Position numbers and translations under genes: made by a program | In this document: one piece after another, positions 12,451 through 25,223 of the stretch | Numbering within the stretch: the first letter of the stretch is position 1 | Layout of the letters: each line of letters begins with the position of its first letter | Assembly (NCBI GenBank): GCA_965240325.2 | Contig: OZ251240.1 | Span: forward strand, 1,426,001 to 1,490,000 | Length of the DNA stretch: 64,000 bases | Direction of reading: 5' to 3' | Origin: Rebecca billardiae RCC1528 | Taxonomy: Eukaryota > Protista > Haptophyta | Notes under the pieces: model-generated | Databases searched by the model: none | Told to the model about the DNA's origin: nothing | The model's input: the letters and a program-made list of their open reading frames with translations, nothing else

Positions 12451-13326
12451 GCGCGCGCGCGGCGTGCGACCACCGGCGAGGCGAGGCGTTGTTTTGACAA
12501 CGCCACCTGTCTCCCGCGGCGCGATCGCGGCTGCGCGCGACTGCTGTCTCATCAGGAGAAGCAGGACGGCAAGACGGTCGTCCGCCCGCCGCCCGGGTGA
12601 TCGACGACCGGTCGCATCAATATCAGTGCAATGCGTGTCAGTGCGCTGCATCAGAAGTAGTCACCGGCCGCTTCGTGCGCGTGGCAGCCGCCCGTCAATG
12701 CGGCATCGTCCGCTGCTCCGCCACCGCCACTGTTACACGCTGCGGTGAGTGACGGTCTGATCGCCGACGCATTCATGACAGTGAGCAGCAGCAGCACGCA
12801 AACAATATACGGCCAAAACGCGTAAAAAGCCCCCAAATAAAACTGCTCCGACGGAATTCTCCCCTGCTTGCTTTTTCACCGGGAGCACCGCCCGGAAAAA
12901 AAAAGAATCGGTCCAAAACGATGGCGTCAATGTACCAGGCGCCCCCCCCTCGACCCGCCCCTCGTGCGACGGCTCTCACTCGCCGCGATGGACGAGTCGA
13001 GCGACGCCCGGCTGGGGCTAGGCGGTCCGCTCGGGGGCACGATGTGCACCGCCGCGCATCTCGCCTCCGGCCCTCCGCAGCGTCCGCGGCGAGGCCGCAA
13101 AGTGCCTGGAACCACATGGAACCACAGGGGGCGTACGGCCACGGCCACGGACGCAATGCCAAGTGTGCACGTTAAAACATAGTATAAACTGTACCAGCCA
13201 GACGACGGCGGCTTTGCGACTTCATCGCGTGTTCGGCCCGGGCGGGACGATGGCGTGAGCTGACCGCCCCGGCGCCACGGGTTGTACGCACGCGCGCACG
13301 CACGGCCGGCGCGCGAGCGCGCGCGG

Positions 13327-14607
13327 ATGCAGGGCAGGCCTCGGCGCGGCGAGGGCGCGGATGGCGGGCGCGGCGGGCCGCGCCGCCGGCCGCTCGGCCC
13401 GCGCAAGACGGTCGACTACGCGGGCCCGATGATGCGGCACGTGCGCGAGCGGCTGTCGCACGACGACGACCTGCGCGACTACCACGGGCTGCAGCCCGAG
13501 CGCGCGTACGCGCGGCACGTGCTGGCGCCGCAGGCGTACGCCTCCAACGCGAGCACGAGCGTGTGCACGCGCCTCGCGTACACCTCGTGCAACTCGCCGC
13601 GCTCGCCCGTGCACGCGCTCGCGTGGATGCCGGACGCGCACCGGCTGCTGACCGGCTCGCACTCGGGCATGTTCACGCTGTGGAACGGGTTCACGTTCAC
13701 GTCGGACGCGATCCAGCAGGCGCACGACGCCCCCGTGCGCGCGATGGCGTGGTCGCACGCCGAGCGCTGGCTCGTCACCGGCGACCACGGCGGCTGCGTG
13801 AAGTACTGGCAGGGCGCGCTCAACAACGTGAAGGCGTTCGACGCGCACGCGGCCACGCCCATCCGCCAGCTCTCGTTCGCGCCGGCCGACCGCAAGTTCG
13901 CGTCGTGCGCGGACGACGGGCCGATCAAGATCTGGGACTTCGAGACGTGCCGCCTCGAGCGCCGGCTGCAGGGCCACGGCGGCGACGTCAAGTGCCAGCA
14001 GTGGCACCCGTCGCGCGCGATGGTCGCGTCGGGCTCGCGCGACTCGCTCATCAAGCTGTGGGACCCGCGCTCCGAGCGCGACGTCGCCACGCTGCACGCG
14101 CACAAGTCGATCGTGGGGCAGGTGCGCTGGCACGCGAACGGGCACTGGCTCCTCTCCGGCTCGCGCGACCAGCTCATCAAGCTCATCGACATCCGCACCA
14201 TGCGCGAGCTGCGCACGTACAAGGGGCACGGCCGCGAGGTGACCGCGCTCGCGTGGCACCCGCTGCACGCGGCCGCGTTTGCGAGCGGCGCGTACGACGG
14301 CGGCGTGTGCTTCTGGGACGCGGCGCGGCCGGCGCTGGTGGCCGAGCTGCCCGCCGCGCACAACCTCGCCGTCTGGGCCCTCGCGTGGCACCCGATCGGC
14401 CACCTCCTCGCCTCCGCCTCGCAGGACGGCGCGACCAAGTTCTGGGCGCGCAACCGGCCGGGCGACGAGCGCGCGCACCTGCGCGGCGCCGAGCGAGAGC
14501 CGCGCGACGCCGACGCGCGCGCCGCCGGCGGCGCGGCAGCGGCGCTCGCCGCGACGGGGGCGGCGGGGCCCAGCACGGCTCGTGACACGGGCCTGCCGCT
14601 CATGTGA
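13327..14607 (+). CDS. WDR33: WD40 polyadenylation factor, WDR33/PFS2/FY family
   Basis: N-terminal [43 protein letters not shown], and [10 protein letters not shown] after about seven WD repeats. Confidence 0.92.
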   Translation: MQGRPRRGEGADGGRGGPRRRPLGPRKTVDYAGPMMRHVRERLSHDDDLRDYHGLQPERAYARHVLAPQAYASNASTSVCTRLAYTSCNSPRSPVHALAWMPDAHRLLTGSHSGMFTLWNGFTFTSDAIQQAHDAPVRAMAWSHAERWLVTGDHGGCVKYWQGALNNVKAFDAHAATPIRQLSFAPADRKFASCADDGPIKIWDFETCRLERRLQGHGGDVKCQQWHPSRAMVASGSRDSLIKLWDPRSERDVATLHAHKSIVGQVRWHANGHWLLSGSRDQLIKLIDIRTMRELRTYKGHGREVTALAWHPLHAAAFASGAYDGGVCFWDAARPALVAELPAAHNLAVWALAWHPIGHLLASASQDGATKFWARNRPGDERAHLRGAEREPRDADARAAGGAAAALAATGAAGPSTARDTGLPLM

Positions 14608-14985
14608 GCTCTGTATGCGACTGTATCAGCACCTATCAGTAGTGTGACGACACCACGTCGGAGGGGGTGGGCCGCTGCCGGAGCGCGGGCAGGCCGCAGG
14701 CGCAGGCGCGACTGCGCTCGCGTGCCAGCCGGGCAGCAGTGATGCCATCACTTCTGACCAGGCTCGTCCGCCGCGCTACTACGAGTTCATTCGTGCCAGC
14801 TCTGGCTATAGCTCTGCTGAGCGTACGATAACGCATATATTCTATAGATGTATGTCGTATAGCATCGTCATATACGCGTATAGTATGCAGCAGCATGCGG
14901 TCGATCATCATCAGCAGCAAGCACTCCTAAGCAGCGTCGGCCATGGCTGTGGCGCTCAGAGCCAGCCAGCCGGCGCAGCGGGCGG

Positions 14986-17801
14986 TCAGCGCAGCTGGTC
15001 GCGCGTGCGCCGCCGCTTCTCTCGCGCGCGCACGGCGGCGCGGCTCGCGGCGAGCTCGCGCTCGCGGCCCTCGCGCTCGGCGGCCGCGTCGTCCGCGGCC
15101 TGGCGCGCTCGGGCGCTCGCGTGCGCGCGCGCGGAGGAGCGCGCGAGCGGCTCGGTGCGGCGCAGCACGAGGCCAGTCGCGCTCCCGAGCGGAGGGCGGC
15201 GCGGCTTCTTGGGCGACGCGCCCGCGTCGGGCGGCGGCGCGTCCACAAACGACGCGCCGATGCGCACGCGCTTGCGGCCCGCCGCGGGTGGCGCGGGCGC
15301 GGGCGCGGGCGCGGCCTGCGGCTGCGCGCGGCGGGAGGCGCGACGCGCGGGCAAGGGCGTGCGTGCACGCGCGCGCGGAGGATGAGCCGCGACGAGCCGC
15401 GCGCGCGGGTGCACGGTCGGTCGCGCGTGTCGCGCGTGCCGCGCGCGCGCACCGATCTCGGCTTGCTGGGCGCCGGCGCCGCCGGCGCCTTTGCGCCCGG
15501 CGCCGCGGCGGCCGCGGCGGCCGCCGCCTCCCTCGCGCTCCCGGCGGCGGCGGCGGGGGCGGCGTGCGCCGCGCTCGGCGCCGCGGGCACCGCCGGCGCC
15601 TGCGCGTGCCCCGCCTCCGCGTGCGCGTGCGCGTGCGCGTGCGCGCGCGCGTGCGCCGCCTGGCGCTGCGCGAGCTCGGCGAGCGCGCGCGGCGCGGCGG
15701 CGAGCGCGGCGGCGGGCTCCCACGTGTCCGCGGCGGCGCCCTGCCCGCGCCAGCGCACGCGGTAGCTCGTCGAGCCGTCGGGCTCGGTGCGCGAATCGAG
15801 CAGCGCGGCCACCTCGTACCGCACCTCCAGCCGCGCGTGGTGCCCCAGCCCGAGGCACAGCAGCGAGTGGCCGCGCCGCACGGCGACCGCGCCGCCCGGC
15901 AGCGTGCACGTGTCGCGCAGGTCGGCGTCCACGCCCACCTCGAGCGCGACGGCGGGCCACGCGTCGGTGAGCTTGGACGCGGCGAGCACCATCGAGGGCG
16001 TGGGGTGCGGGTACGCGAGGAGCTCGGCCGCGTGGCGCGCGGCGGCGGAGCTCGGCGCCGGCGGCTGCGGCTGCGGCTGCGGCGGGCTCGCGGCCGCGGC
16101 CGCGGCGGCGGCGGCCGAGCTGCCGCCGCCGCGGCCGGCGCGGCCGGCGCGGCCGCGCGCGCCGGGTGCGGGCGCGGGCGCGTCGTGGCGCGGCGTGAGG
16201 TGCGGCGCGGGCGCGGCCGCGCCCTTCTTGCCGCCGCCCTTCGCGCGCGCCCTCGCCCTCGCGCGCGCGCCCCTCAGGTCGAGCGCCATCATGTAGCTCA
16301 CGTCCCCAAACTGGTCGAGCTGCGCCTGGTCGGACGCGGCCCAGTGGTAGTAGGGCACCACGGGCACGGCGTCGAGGTCGGAGCCGGGGGAGGCGTACCG
16401 CGCGACGGCGCCGACGCGCGTGAAGCCGAGGCGCTCGTAGAAGCACACCGCGCCGAGCGCCGCCTGCAGCACCACGAAGTCGTACCGCTCGCCCGCCGCC
16501 AGCTCGTCGACGCACAGCGTCACGAGCCACGCGCCGCAGCCGAGCGCGGCGAGCAGCGAGATCTCGGCGACGCGCGGCCAGACGACGCCCGTGTCGGCGG
16601 GGTCGCCGCCGCGCGCGCAGGCGTTGAGCGCGGCGGCGAGCGCGCCGTCGTCCACCGCGCGCTCCTCCAGCCCGCCCGGCGGCCGCGCCACGTCCGGCTC
16701 CGCCTCCGCCTGGCCGACGCGCAGCGCGGTGCCGCGCTTGAGCTTGGTGCGGCCGCAGAGCGCGCCGGGCGGCGGCTTGGCGCCCGGCGGCAGCAGGTGC
16801 GGCGGGAGCGGCGGCGGCGCGCCCGCGCGGTCGGCGCGCGGCGGGTTGAGCGCGAGCAGGTCGCCCACCCCGAGCCCGAGCTGCTCCGCCGCCTCCTCCA
16901 CCGTGCACGCGCGCGGCAGCACGAACGCGTCGCGCTGCGCGGGCGGCGCGAGCAGCAGCGCGCTGCCGGGCTGCAGCCGACTCTTCTGCGTGAGGCTGGG
17001 CATGCGCGGCCGGTTGAGCTTGACGAGCGCCTCGCGCTCGAGGCCGAGGCGGCCGGCGAGCGCGCGCAGCGTCTGCGGCTCCGCGCCGCCGAGCACGTGG
17101 CTGCGCGGCGGCGCGCGCGGGGCGAGGGCGGCGGGCGCGCGCGCGCGCGCGCGTCAGCGCTCCGCGCGGCGCGCGGCGCGCGGCGCGCGGCGCGCGGCGC
17201 GGCGCGCGGCGCGCACGCGGCGCGGCGCACGCGGCGCGGCGCACGCGGCGCGGCGCGCGCGCGGCGCGCACTAGCACGGGTCGGAGTCGTGGCCCTCGGC
17301 GCGCAGCCTGCGCACGCGCGCGTTCGCGGCGCGCATCGGCGCGAGGCACGCCGCCGGGTGCTCCGAGTCCCACGTGAACTCGCGCGCCCACGTGGTGAAG
17401 GTGGTGACGGCGATGTACCCGAGCAGGTGGCCGCGCGCAGCGTGGCGGACTTGGTAGCCCCAGAGCGGCTCGTCCATGTCGATGCGGTCGGCGATGTACG
17501 CGAGGGGGAGCGAGGGGAGCGGCGCGCGCGCCTTGAGCCGCCGCGCCGCGCGCGCCGCCGCCTCGTCCGCCAGCGCCGCCATCTCCACCAGGCAGCTGAA
17601 CCACTCGTGCCGGCTGCGCGGCCGCAGCAGCAGCGCGCCCTCCAGCTCGCGGCCGCACGGCTCCACGGACGCGAAGCTGTACCGCGCGGGGCCGGGGAGG
17701 ACGGGGGGCTCGGGGGGCGGGGAGGGCTGCTCCGCGGAGCCGCCGCCCGCGGGCCCCGCGGGGCTCCGACCGCCGCCACCGCCGCCACCGCCGGACGCGC
17801 C

Positions 17802-17833
<32 letters not shown>

Positions 17834-18521
17834 CGTCGGCGGCGTCGGCGGCGGCCGCGCGTCCGCGCGAGCGCGTCGCGCGCGTGGGCGGGCGCGACAC
17901 GTCGCGCCCGCTCGCGCCGGCCGCGCCCACGCCGCCGTCCGCCGCCGCCGAGCCGCCGCTCCCGCCGCCGCCGCTCCGACCCGCCGCGGCGCCCGCGGGC
18001 AGCGCGACGCCCGGCGGCAGCGCGCGGTACGCCCACTGACGCTCGGCCGCGGGCAGCGGCGGGCCGGCGGGGATGACGACGTCGGCGAAGGGCTCGCGCT
18101 TCGGGCCGCGCGGCGTTTCGGACGCGCCCTCGCCCCGCCCGCCGCTCGACTCGCCGCCGCCGCGCGACGCCGTCGCCGTCGCGCGCGTCGCGAGCACGGC
18201 CTCGGAGAGGCCGCCCACGGGCGGCGCCGCCGCGCGCGGCCGGCTGATGCGGTCGACGACGTCGGGGAGCAGCGCCTTGACGGTCTCCCACGCGTCGTCC
18301 GAGACGCTCCGCTCGACGACGGGCGGCGCCACCGCCGCGCTCGCCGACGAGCTCCCGCCCGAGCGAGTCGTTCGCTTCTTGCTCTGCACGAGCGAGGCGG
18401 CGCGCGGCGCGAGCGAGGCGGCCGTGTCCTTCTTGCCGGGGATGGCGTTGTCAGAGAGCTGCTTGAGGATGCGCTGCAGCCGCTTCTCCGCGCTCGCGCC
18501 GGCCGATGGCGAGCGGCCCAT
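14986..18521 (-). CDS. GNAT acetyltransferase-like protein with two LysM-like repeats and a chromodomain; exons 18521-17278, 17100-15453, 15321-14986
   Basis: Both GT-AG introns keep frame. GNAT: LGCGAWLV...VVLQAALGAVCFYERLGF. Chromo: YEVAALLDSR...YRVRWRGQGAAADTWEP. LysM-like: TLRALAGRLGLEREALVKLN...LQPGSALLL and TVEEAAEQLGLGVGDLLALN. Confidence 0.8.
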
Positions 18522-19307
18522 CGCCGCCCTCGCACCAGCGGCGCGCGAGGCGGACGACGCGCGTGTCGAGCCGGCCGCACTGAGCTTGGCCTTTGCCACC
18601 CTGGGCTGGGCAGCTTGCGCTCGCGAGTTGGGATCCAAGCTTTGGCGCGCAGCTGCCTGAACGAGGACACCGTTCTGACGCATAGGTGCACTGCACCGCG
18701 GCGGCGGGCGACGGCGCATGGCACGTCAAGTGCAGCTGCGAGAACATCGGGCCGAAACACGATGTTGGCTGACGAATCTAGAAGGGCCGGACGGAGCTGA
18801 AACAGTCCGGAGTTTTTTTTAAAACGTTTTCGTAGGTCGTGGAAAAATGCGTCCGTGGTTATTCCGTTTCAAACCAGTGCCGGAATGTGACACGTGCACA
18901 CGTACCATCGTCGTCTTTGCCCCGCACACACCTTTAACCTGGCCATGCACGATCGTCGCCAGCGAACGCGAGCGCACTCGCAGCTGTCCACCACAACTGC
19001 CGCCCCGCCGACTGGCTGCTGCCCAAAGTCGGCCGCGCCGCCCGAATTGACAACGCGACCCGGATGGCGCCGCCCGCTGCTGTGAGCGAGCTGTCAGCCC
19101 GAGGAGAAGTGTGGCGGCAAGGGCTGGCGATGAGCCGGCTGCGCTACCCCGCAGGTGGCACCGAGCGCCGCACAGGTGTGCGTGGGGGCGGGTCGCGCTG
19201 TCCAGCGGCGGCCTCAGTGCACGCGACGCCGCCCGTGCCGACCCGTCGCGCCGGCGCCCGCATGACGGCCGGCTGCTTGCAGCGGCCGACCGCGGCGGGG
19301 ATCGAGC

Positions 19308-19598
19308 TCATTCTCGGTGCGCCTTCTCTCCGTGCGCGCCGCCCTCGCCGTCGTCGATCTCAATCCCGCGGCGCCGGTGCGCGAGGAAGGGCTTCACCAC
19401 CATGAACCACAAGATGCCGATGAAAATACAAAGCACGACGAGCGCAAGGTACGCGTCAGCCTCCATCTCGCGCGTGCGCGGCTTGCGCACGAGGTTCACG
19501 TCCTTCGTCGGCAGGAAGAAGCGCGTCACCGACGCACGCATCTCGTCGCTCGTGATGCCCCATACGCTGCCGGACGAGCCGGCGTTCGAGGACGCCAT
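19308..19598 (-). CDS. Small single-pass membrane protein (96 aa), unknown function
   Basis: Host-like codons, TM segment YLALVVLCIFIGILWFMVV, head-to-head with eIF3f. Confidence 0.6.
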   Translation of the reverse strand: MASSNAGSSGSVWGITSDEMRASVTRFFLPTKDVNLVRKPRTREMEADAYLALVVLCIFIGILWFMVVKPFLAHRRRGIEIDDGEGGAHGEKAHRE

Positions 19599-19715
19599 CT
19601 CCTGGCCCGCGAGCAGCTCCACTGTTAGTAGATATACGTGATACGTCCTCTTATGAACAGTACCCAGTCCGGGGAAGGCTTGTTGGCGCGCCGCCCCACG
19701 TGACCCGGCACAGCC

Positions 19716-21039
19716 ATGGCGAAGGCGCACGCCGCGCCCGCGGCGCGCGTCGCGCGCCCGGAGCCCTTCGTGGACGACCCGACGGCGATGCACGAGGCGG
19801 GGCTCGTGCAGTGCAAGCTGCACCCCACCGTCCTCTTCTCCATCGTCGACCACTTCAGCCGGCGGCAGGAGGAGCAGGGCCGCGTGCTCGGCACGCTCCT
19901 CGGCACCGTCTCGGACGGCGTCGTCGACGTGCTCAACTCCTTCCCGGTGCCGCACTCGGAGACGGACCAGGCGACGATCGACTCGGAGTTCCAGTCGACG
20001 ATGTGCGCGCTCCACAGGAAGGTGCACCCCAAGCAGGTCGTCGTCGGCTGGTACTCCACGGGCTCGGAGATGGTGCACAACGACCAGGTGTGCGCGCGCA
20101 CACCGCGCGCGCGAGAGAGAGAAAGAGCGCGCGCGCGCGTTGGGCGGAGTGCGTCCGATGGGCCGGCGGCGCGTGCCGTGCGCGCGCCGCGCGTGTGCCC
20201 GCCCGCGTGGCCTCGGCCGCCACGCGCCGCCGCGCGCGACTGCCGGCGGGCGGGTGATGCGGCGCGCTGCTCGCCGCTGCGGCCGCCGACGCGTCGCGCC
20301 CAACGCGCCGCGCGCTGCGCCGCGCGCCTCCCCCCGCGCGTGCAGTTCTACCACCAGTTCTTCGAGGAGCAGGCCGCCGAAGGGCTCTCGCCGCTCTTCC
20401 TCCTCGTCGACACGTCGCTCGCCTCGACCGGCGTGAAGACGAAGGCGTTCGTGCGCTCTGAGATCTCGCTGCGCGGCACGCACGTCGCGTCCGCGTTCAA
20501 GGACGTGCGGTTGCGCGTGGCCAAGTCGGAGGCGGAGCGGGTGGGGATCGACCACATCGTGCGCTCGTCGACGCACGGCCCGGACGGGCTGCAGGAGCTC
20601 GTCCCGCTGCGCGCGGAGGTGGACACGGTGCACTGGCGGATGTGCAAGCTGCTCAAGGCCATCGAGCACATGCAGACGTACATTGAGCAGGTCGAGGCGG
20701 GCACGGTCGCGCCCAACGCGCAGATCGGCCGCGCGCTCGCCGACACGCTCGCGGCGATCCCGAAGCCCGACGCGGCGGAGTTTGCGCAGATGGTCGACGC
20801 GAACATGCAGGTGCGCGCGCGCTCGCCGCCACGGCCCTCCGCGCACCGGGCGCCCGCCCCTCCAGACGCCAGAGCCTGAGCCTGACTGACCGCCTGACTG
20901 ACCGCTTGGCGCTCGGCTCCCGCTGCGCCCACGCGCCCACGCGCCGCGCCCGCAGGACATGCTGATGGTCAACTACCTCGCCAGCCTGACGAAAACGCAG
21001 CTCGCGCTCACCGAGAAGCTCGCGGCGATGCACGCGTGA
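19716..21039 (+). CDS. eIF3f: Translation initiation factor 3 subunit F (MPN domain); exons 19716-20087, 20346-20810, 20956-21039
   Basis: LHPTVLFSIVDHFSRR, RVLGTLLG, NSFPVPHSE, VVGWYSTG, AERVGID, C-terminal QDMLMVNYLASLTKTQLAL; canonical introns. Confidence 0.9.
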
Positions 21040-21862
21040 GCTGGGGCAGGCAGTGGGCGGCGCACGCGACGAGCCGCCGACGCCTCCCCGCAGGCGGGGC
21101 CGCAGCGGACGGCAGCGGACGGCAGCGGACGGCAGCGCGTCGGTCGCGCGTCAGGCGCGCGGGAGGCGACTCCGCTGAGCGCCTCCGTGACCGGCCCGAA
21201 CCGTCGTGCACGGTGCAGGCCCGTTGAGGGAGTCCATGGCGGCGTGAAGCCCAGCCTCGTGCCTCATCATCATCATGGACAACTTGGCCATTGGGTCTCG
21301 CACCGCCGATACGGCAGCACTCATACCGCATACTGATACGGCGGTACTCGTCGTTTCACTTTCAGCGGCGGTCGTTGACGACGCCACGGGCACGACTGCC
21401 CAATGATATTCAATAAGCCCATCATGCTCATGCCTCATGCTGCTCGTCTTAGAGTAGTTAGACTTAGCGGTAGTCACGCGTTAAACTCGCATACGTAGCA
21501 GATTGACTGCTGCGTAGGCTGCTTTTTATAAGACAGGGACATACTCTTGCTGGCGGCTTACAGGCTGTGATGTGACTAGCAGACCGTTGGCGTTGCTCAA
21601 GCTGAGCCCGTGGGCGTGGGGCCGTGGCTGTACCAAGGGTTGTACCAAGGGCGTTGTACAGCTGGCGGTGAGCCGGCGGCGGCGGCGGGCGGCGCCACCC
21701 CTGATTAATTATTGGAGTACCCATTTGAGTGCGAGTTTCATGCACTTGTTGACGTCATCGCGCCAGGTCCGCCGCCGGGTGCGCACAGACGACGACGGCT
21801 CGCCCTCGTCCACGGAGGACTCGCCGCTGCTGAAGCAGCTCTCACTCGACGCGGAGCTCGGG

Positions 21863-22717
21863 ATGGCCTCGGCAGAGCAGGATGACAGCGCCGCCGCGCC
21901 GCTGCAGGGCGGCGCGGGGCATGGCCCGCGGCCGGCACTGCCCGCCGACCGCCGGCTCAACAAGCGCAAGTCCTTCATCCCGGGCCTCGACCGCGCCCCC
22001 GACGGGGTGCCCAACTCGGACCAGACGGACGCGGCGATCAACTTCTTCTCATCCGAGCGCACGCCCGCCGCGCTGATCGCCGGCTCCGCGCTCTCCATCC
22101 TCTACGCCTTCCCGCTGACCGACTCGGATGCGCCCGACATTGCGGTCTCGAAGCGGCTCTACCTCGTGCTCGCCAACCTGGCGTTCCTGCACGCGCTGAT
22201 CGCGGTGTTCGCGGCGTCGCTCGCGATCACGCGCCTCCTCTCGCGCGGGCACGACGCGATGGCGCGCGACCCGCTCGTCATGATGCTGCGCGAGACGCCG
22301 ATCTACTTCATGGGCGTGCGCTCGCACTTCCTCACGTCGCTGCTCTGCTTCGTGGGCGCACTCACGCTGCGCATGTGGACGGAGTACTCGAAGAAGACGC
22401 CGCGCTTCGCGCGCGCGCTGCTGTGCCTTTCGGGCTCGAGCCTCGCGTTCATGATCGCGCTGTACAACATGACGCTCGTCCACTTCTCCTCGTTCCCGCA
22501 CCTGTGGTACTGCTACCTGCGCTGCCTGTTCGAGCGCTGCATCAACCGGAAGCCCAAGGTGGGCAAGCCGGCGGGCGTGATGGCGATCGCGGCGATCGTG
22601 CTCGCGGTCGTGTCCGCGGTCGACCTGTTCGCCATCGCGCGGGCCTACTTCGTCGAGGGCGTCGCGAACGTGCTCAGCTCGGACGACGGCCCCGCGCCCG
22701 CAGCGCGGCGCAAGTGA
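21863..22717 (+). CDS. Multi-pass membrane protein, unknown function (start uncertain)
   Basis: Strong GC3 bias and about five hydrophobic segments. Confidence 0.75.
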   Translation: MASAEQDDSAAAPLQGGAGHGPRPALPADRRLNKRKSFIPGLDRAPDGVPNSDQTDAAINFFSSERTPAALIAGSALSILYAFPLTDSDAPDIAVSKRLYLVLANLAFLHALIAVFAASLAITRLLSRGHDAMARDPLVMMLRETPIYFMGVRSHFLTSLLCFVGALTLRMWTEYSKKTPRFARALLCLSGSSLAFMIALYNMTLVHFSSFPHLWYCYLRCLFERCINRKPKVGKPAGVMAIAAIVLAVVSAVDLFAIARAYFVEGVANVLSSDDGPAPAARRK

Positions 22718-23975
22718 GGCCGTGCGCGGAGGAGACGGGGAGAGCTGCGGCGCGCGGCCACTCGGCGATGGAGCGGCAGTGCTCGGCGGCGGCGTGCGTG
22801 TGTGCCGCCGAGCACGGGGCTCCAGGACCGCCGAAGCGCGCGGCTGGCGGTGCGTGCGCCCATGACGTCAAGCGTGGGCGCCGCCAACTCGCAAGCACGC
22901 TGTTTGACGCCCACGGGCCGGGCGACGGCTTCGACTTTATTCTTGTACCGTGTTGTCTGTACGCCGAGTGCCATCACTACGGCTTCGCCGCGCGGCACCG
23001 ATGCGCAGCCCACTCGCACGGCCTCGCCTGTCGGCTGTCGGCAACCCGAACCCCGAGCCTGTACGCCAAGCAGGCGACCGGACACGGGAGCGAGCTCGGA
23101 GCTGCCTGCACGCGGTGAGACGGCCAAAAACTCTACTGACTACTCAAGTGCGTGTCACTGATAACTTGTATCATATGATGACTGAAGCGCAGGCTTCTGA
23201 TTGTACATGCACGGATACTCACTGCTGGTGTCGTCATCACGTCATTAGGCATTAGGCTTAGCAATAGCATAAGCAGGCGCGGAAGTGCAAGTGATCGGCC
23301 GGCGCGCGGACCGAGTCTAATATATATAGATGGATGATCCCTCCAGCGCGCCGGCCCGCAGAGTGAGAGAGCGAGCAGCATGCCACACCGAGGAACAGAT
23401 CGATGGCAGAGGGCGCACCGCGCCGACGCAGCGGCGAAAATGCCAGGCAACATCAAGCTGCCAACAGCAGGGGTGGGCGGGCGGGGCAGCTTGGACGACG
23501 CAGCTCGAGAGCCGCCAAGCCGCACGACAGCCGGAGGCACGAAGGACATCGCGCACAGGGCGCCTCGAAGCTGCGGGCCGCCGGAAACAGCTGCAGCCAT
23601 CAGGACAGAGGGCGCTTCCGACGGGCGCTGGCTGCGAGTGAGCGGGAGGCATGCAGCAGCGACGGTAACGGTTGGCTCGGCGCCTGATGAAAAACCGCCA
23701 GTTCACGAATTGGCCGTCCTGACCGCCATGCCAACCTTGCCTAGTTAGCCTATGGCCCAGGAGCAGCGCAGTGAGTAGGTCGTTCTAGGCCGCCGTGCGT
23801 GCGCACAGAGCACGGGCTCGAAAGTCCCTCGTGGCACGAAAAGAGGGTGGCCAAGATGGCAGCCGGACCTGAGCTCGGCCGCCTGGCTCAGGCTGAATGG
23901 CAGGCAGGTGTTGATACGGCGCATTGCGCTCCCACCGTCCTCTTAGACAATCAGTTATTGTGCCAATAACCCCAC

Positions 23976-24479
23976 GTCTAGCCGTCCTCGGAGCGCCTGC
24001 GCCATCCAGATGCAGTGAGGAGGCGAGGCACACGCCGGGCAGGGCGGAGCCACGCGGCGAGAGACCAGACTCTATACATTGTATGGCTGGGATTTTTGTT
24101 CCTCGAAACAAAGTGCGAGCGGCAGCCAGCGCTCGGGCCGAGCGCGCGGCAGGACTGGCCGCTCGACGCCGACAGACGCGCGGTGTGAGATGGATCCCAT
24201 TTGTGGTTGTACTGGTACTGGTAGGTGGTCCGCGCGTCGGGGTTGGAGAGGAAATCGATCCATCTCACACCGCGCGTCTGTCGGCGTCGAGCGGCCAGTC
24301 CTGCCGCGCGCTCCGCTCGGCCCGAGCGCTGGCTGCCGCTCGCACTTTGTTTCGAGGAACAAAAATCCCATACAATGTATAGAGTCTGGTCTCTCGCCGC
24401 GTGGCTCCGCCCTGCCCGGCGTGTGCCTCGCCTCCTCACTGCATCTGGATGGCGCCAGGCGCTCCGAGGACGGCTAGAC
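23976..24479. mobile_element. Fold-back element (MITE-like): ~220-bp inverted arms, ~60-bp spacer
   Basis: 23976-24197 is the reverse complement of 24258-24479 apart from a few short indels; possible TA TSD at 23979-80 and 24475-76. Confidence 0.8.
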
Positions 24480-24552
24480 ATATATATGAGCCGACGTCAG
24501 TTGTATTGCCGCTTTGGATAGTGTGGTCAGTTGTATTGCCAAAAGCACGTTA

Positions 24553-25072
24553 CAGGCAATCGCGGGCAATAAGGAGCTGTCACGTTAAGAAACTGGGGCT
24601 TGCTATCTGCGGATCTGGCCTAGAAACTGAGGCTAGCGATTGGCTGGTTCGCTATACGCATAGTCACACTAAGAAACCGGGACTACGTCGTCCCGGCTGA
24701 CGAGTGGTCCGCCGAGGGGCGAGGGCGGCGAGGCGGCAGTCGGCCCGTCGGGGACGCGGCGCGCGGCCCGACTACGAGTACAGGCCAAGTCCCGACTTCT
24801 CCTGATGACTGACTCCTGGCCAGTGCACCGCAGCATCCATGCAACATCATGCCAGATTTGCTCCAAAAAGCAAAGGCCCAAAATTTTCGTCGGCCTCGCC
24901 GGCCGGGCCTAAAGACTCAGCGGGGGGCTCTGCCCCCCTGCGCCCCCCGCGCCTGCGCGGCGGGCGGACCTAGCTAAGAAACTGAGACTCCGTAGGCGCT
25001 CGGGCTACCGAACGGCTAAGAAACCGAGGCTAGCCGTGAGATCTCTGACTTCTTATTGCCCGCGATTGCCTG
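24553..25072. mobile_element. MITE with 21-bp TIRs and TA TSD (Tc1/mariner-like)
   Basis: TA|caggcaatcgcgggcaataag ... cttattgcccgcgattgcctg|TA; five internal (a)agaaac(t/c)g(a/g)g-type repeats. Confidence 0.9.
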
Positions 25073-25223
25073 TATGACTACCGTGGTCAGTTGTATTGCC
25101 GTTTTCAGTAGTATGGGTCAAGAATATTGCCGCTTTTGGATATAGTGTGTCAACAATATTGCCCCTCAAATACTGGTTTCAAACCAATGACCCTTTCACA
25201 GTACTTGGTTCACGAATATTGCC

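Noticed and set aside
24670-24710. GAAAC...CTGACGA hammerhead-like words (also ~18770)
   Set aside because: The three-stem hammerhead topology cannot be built.
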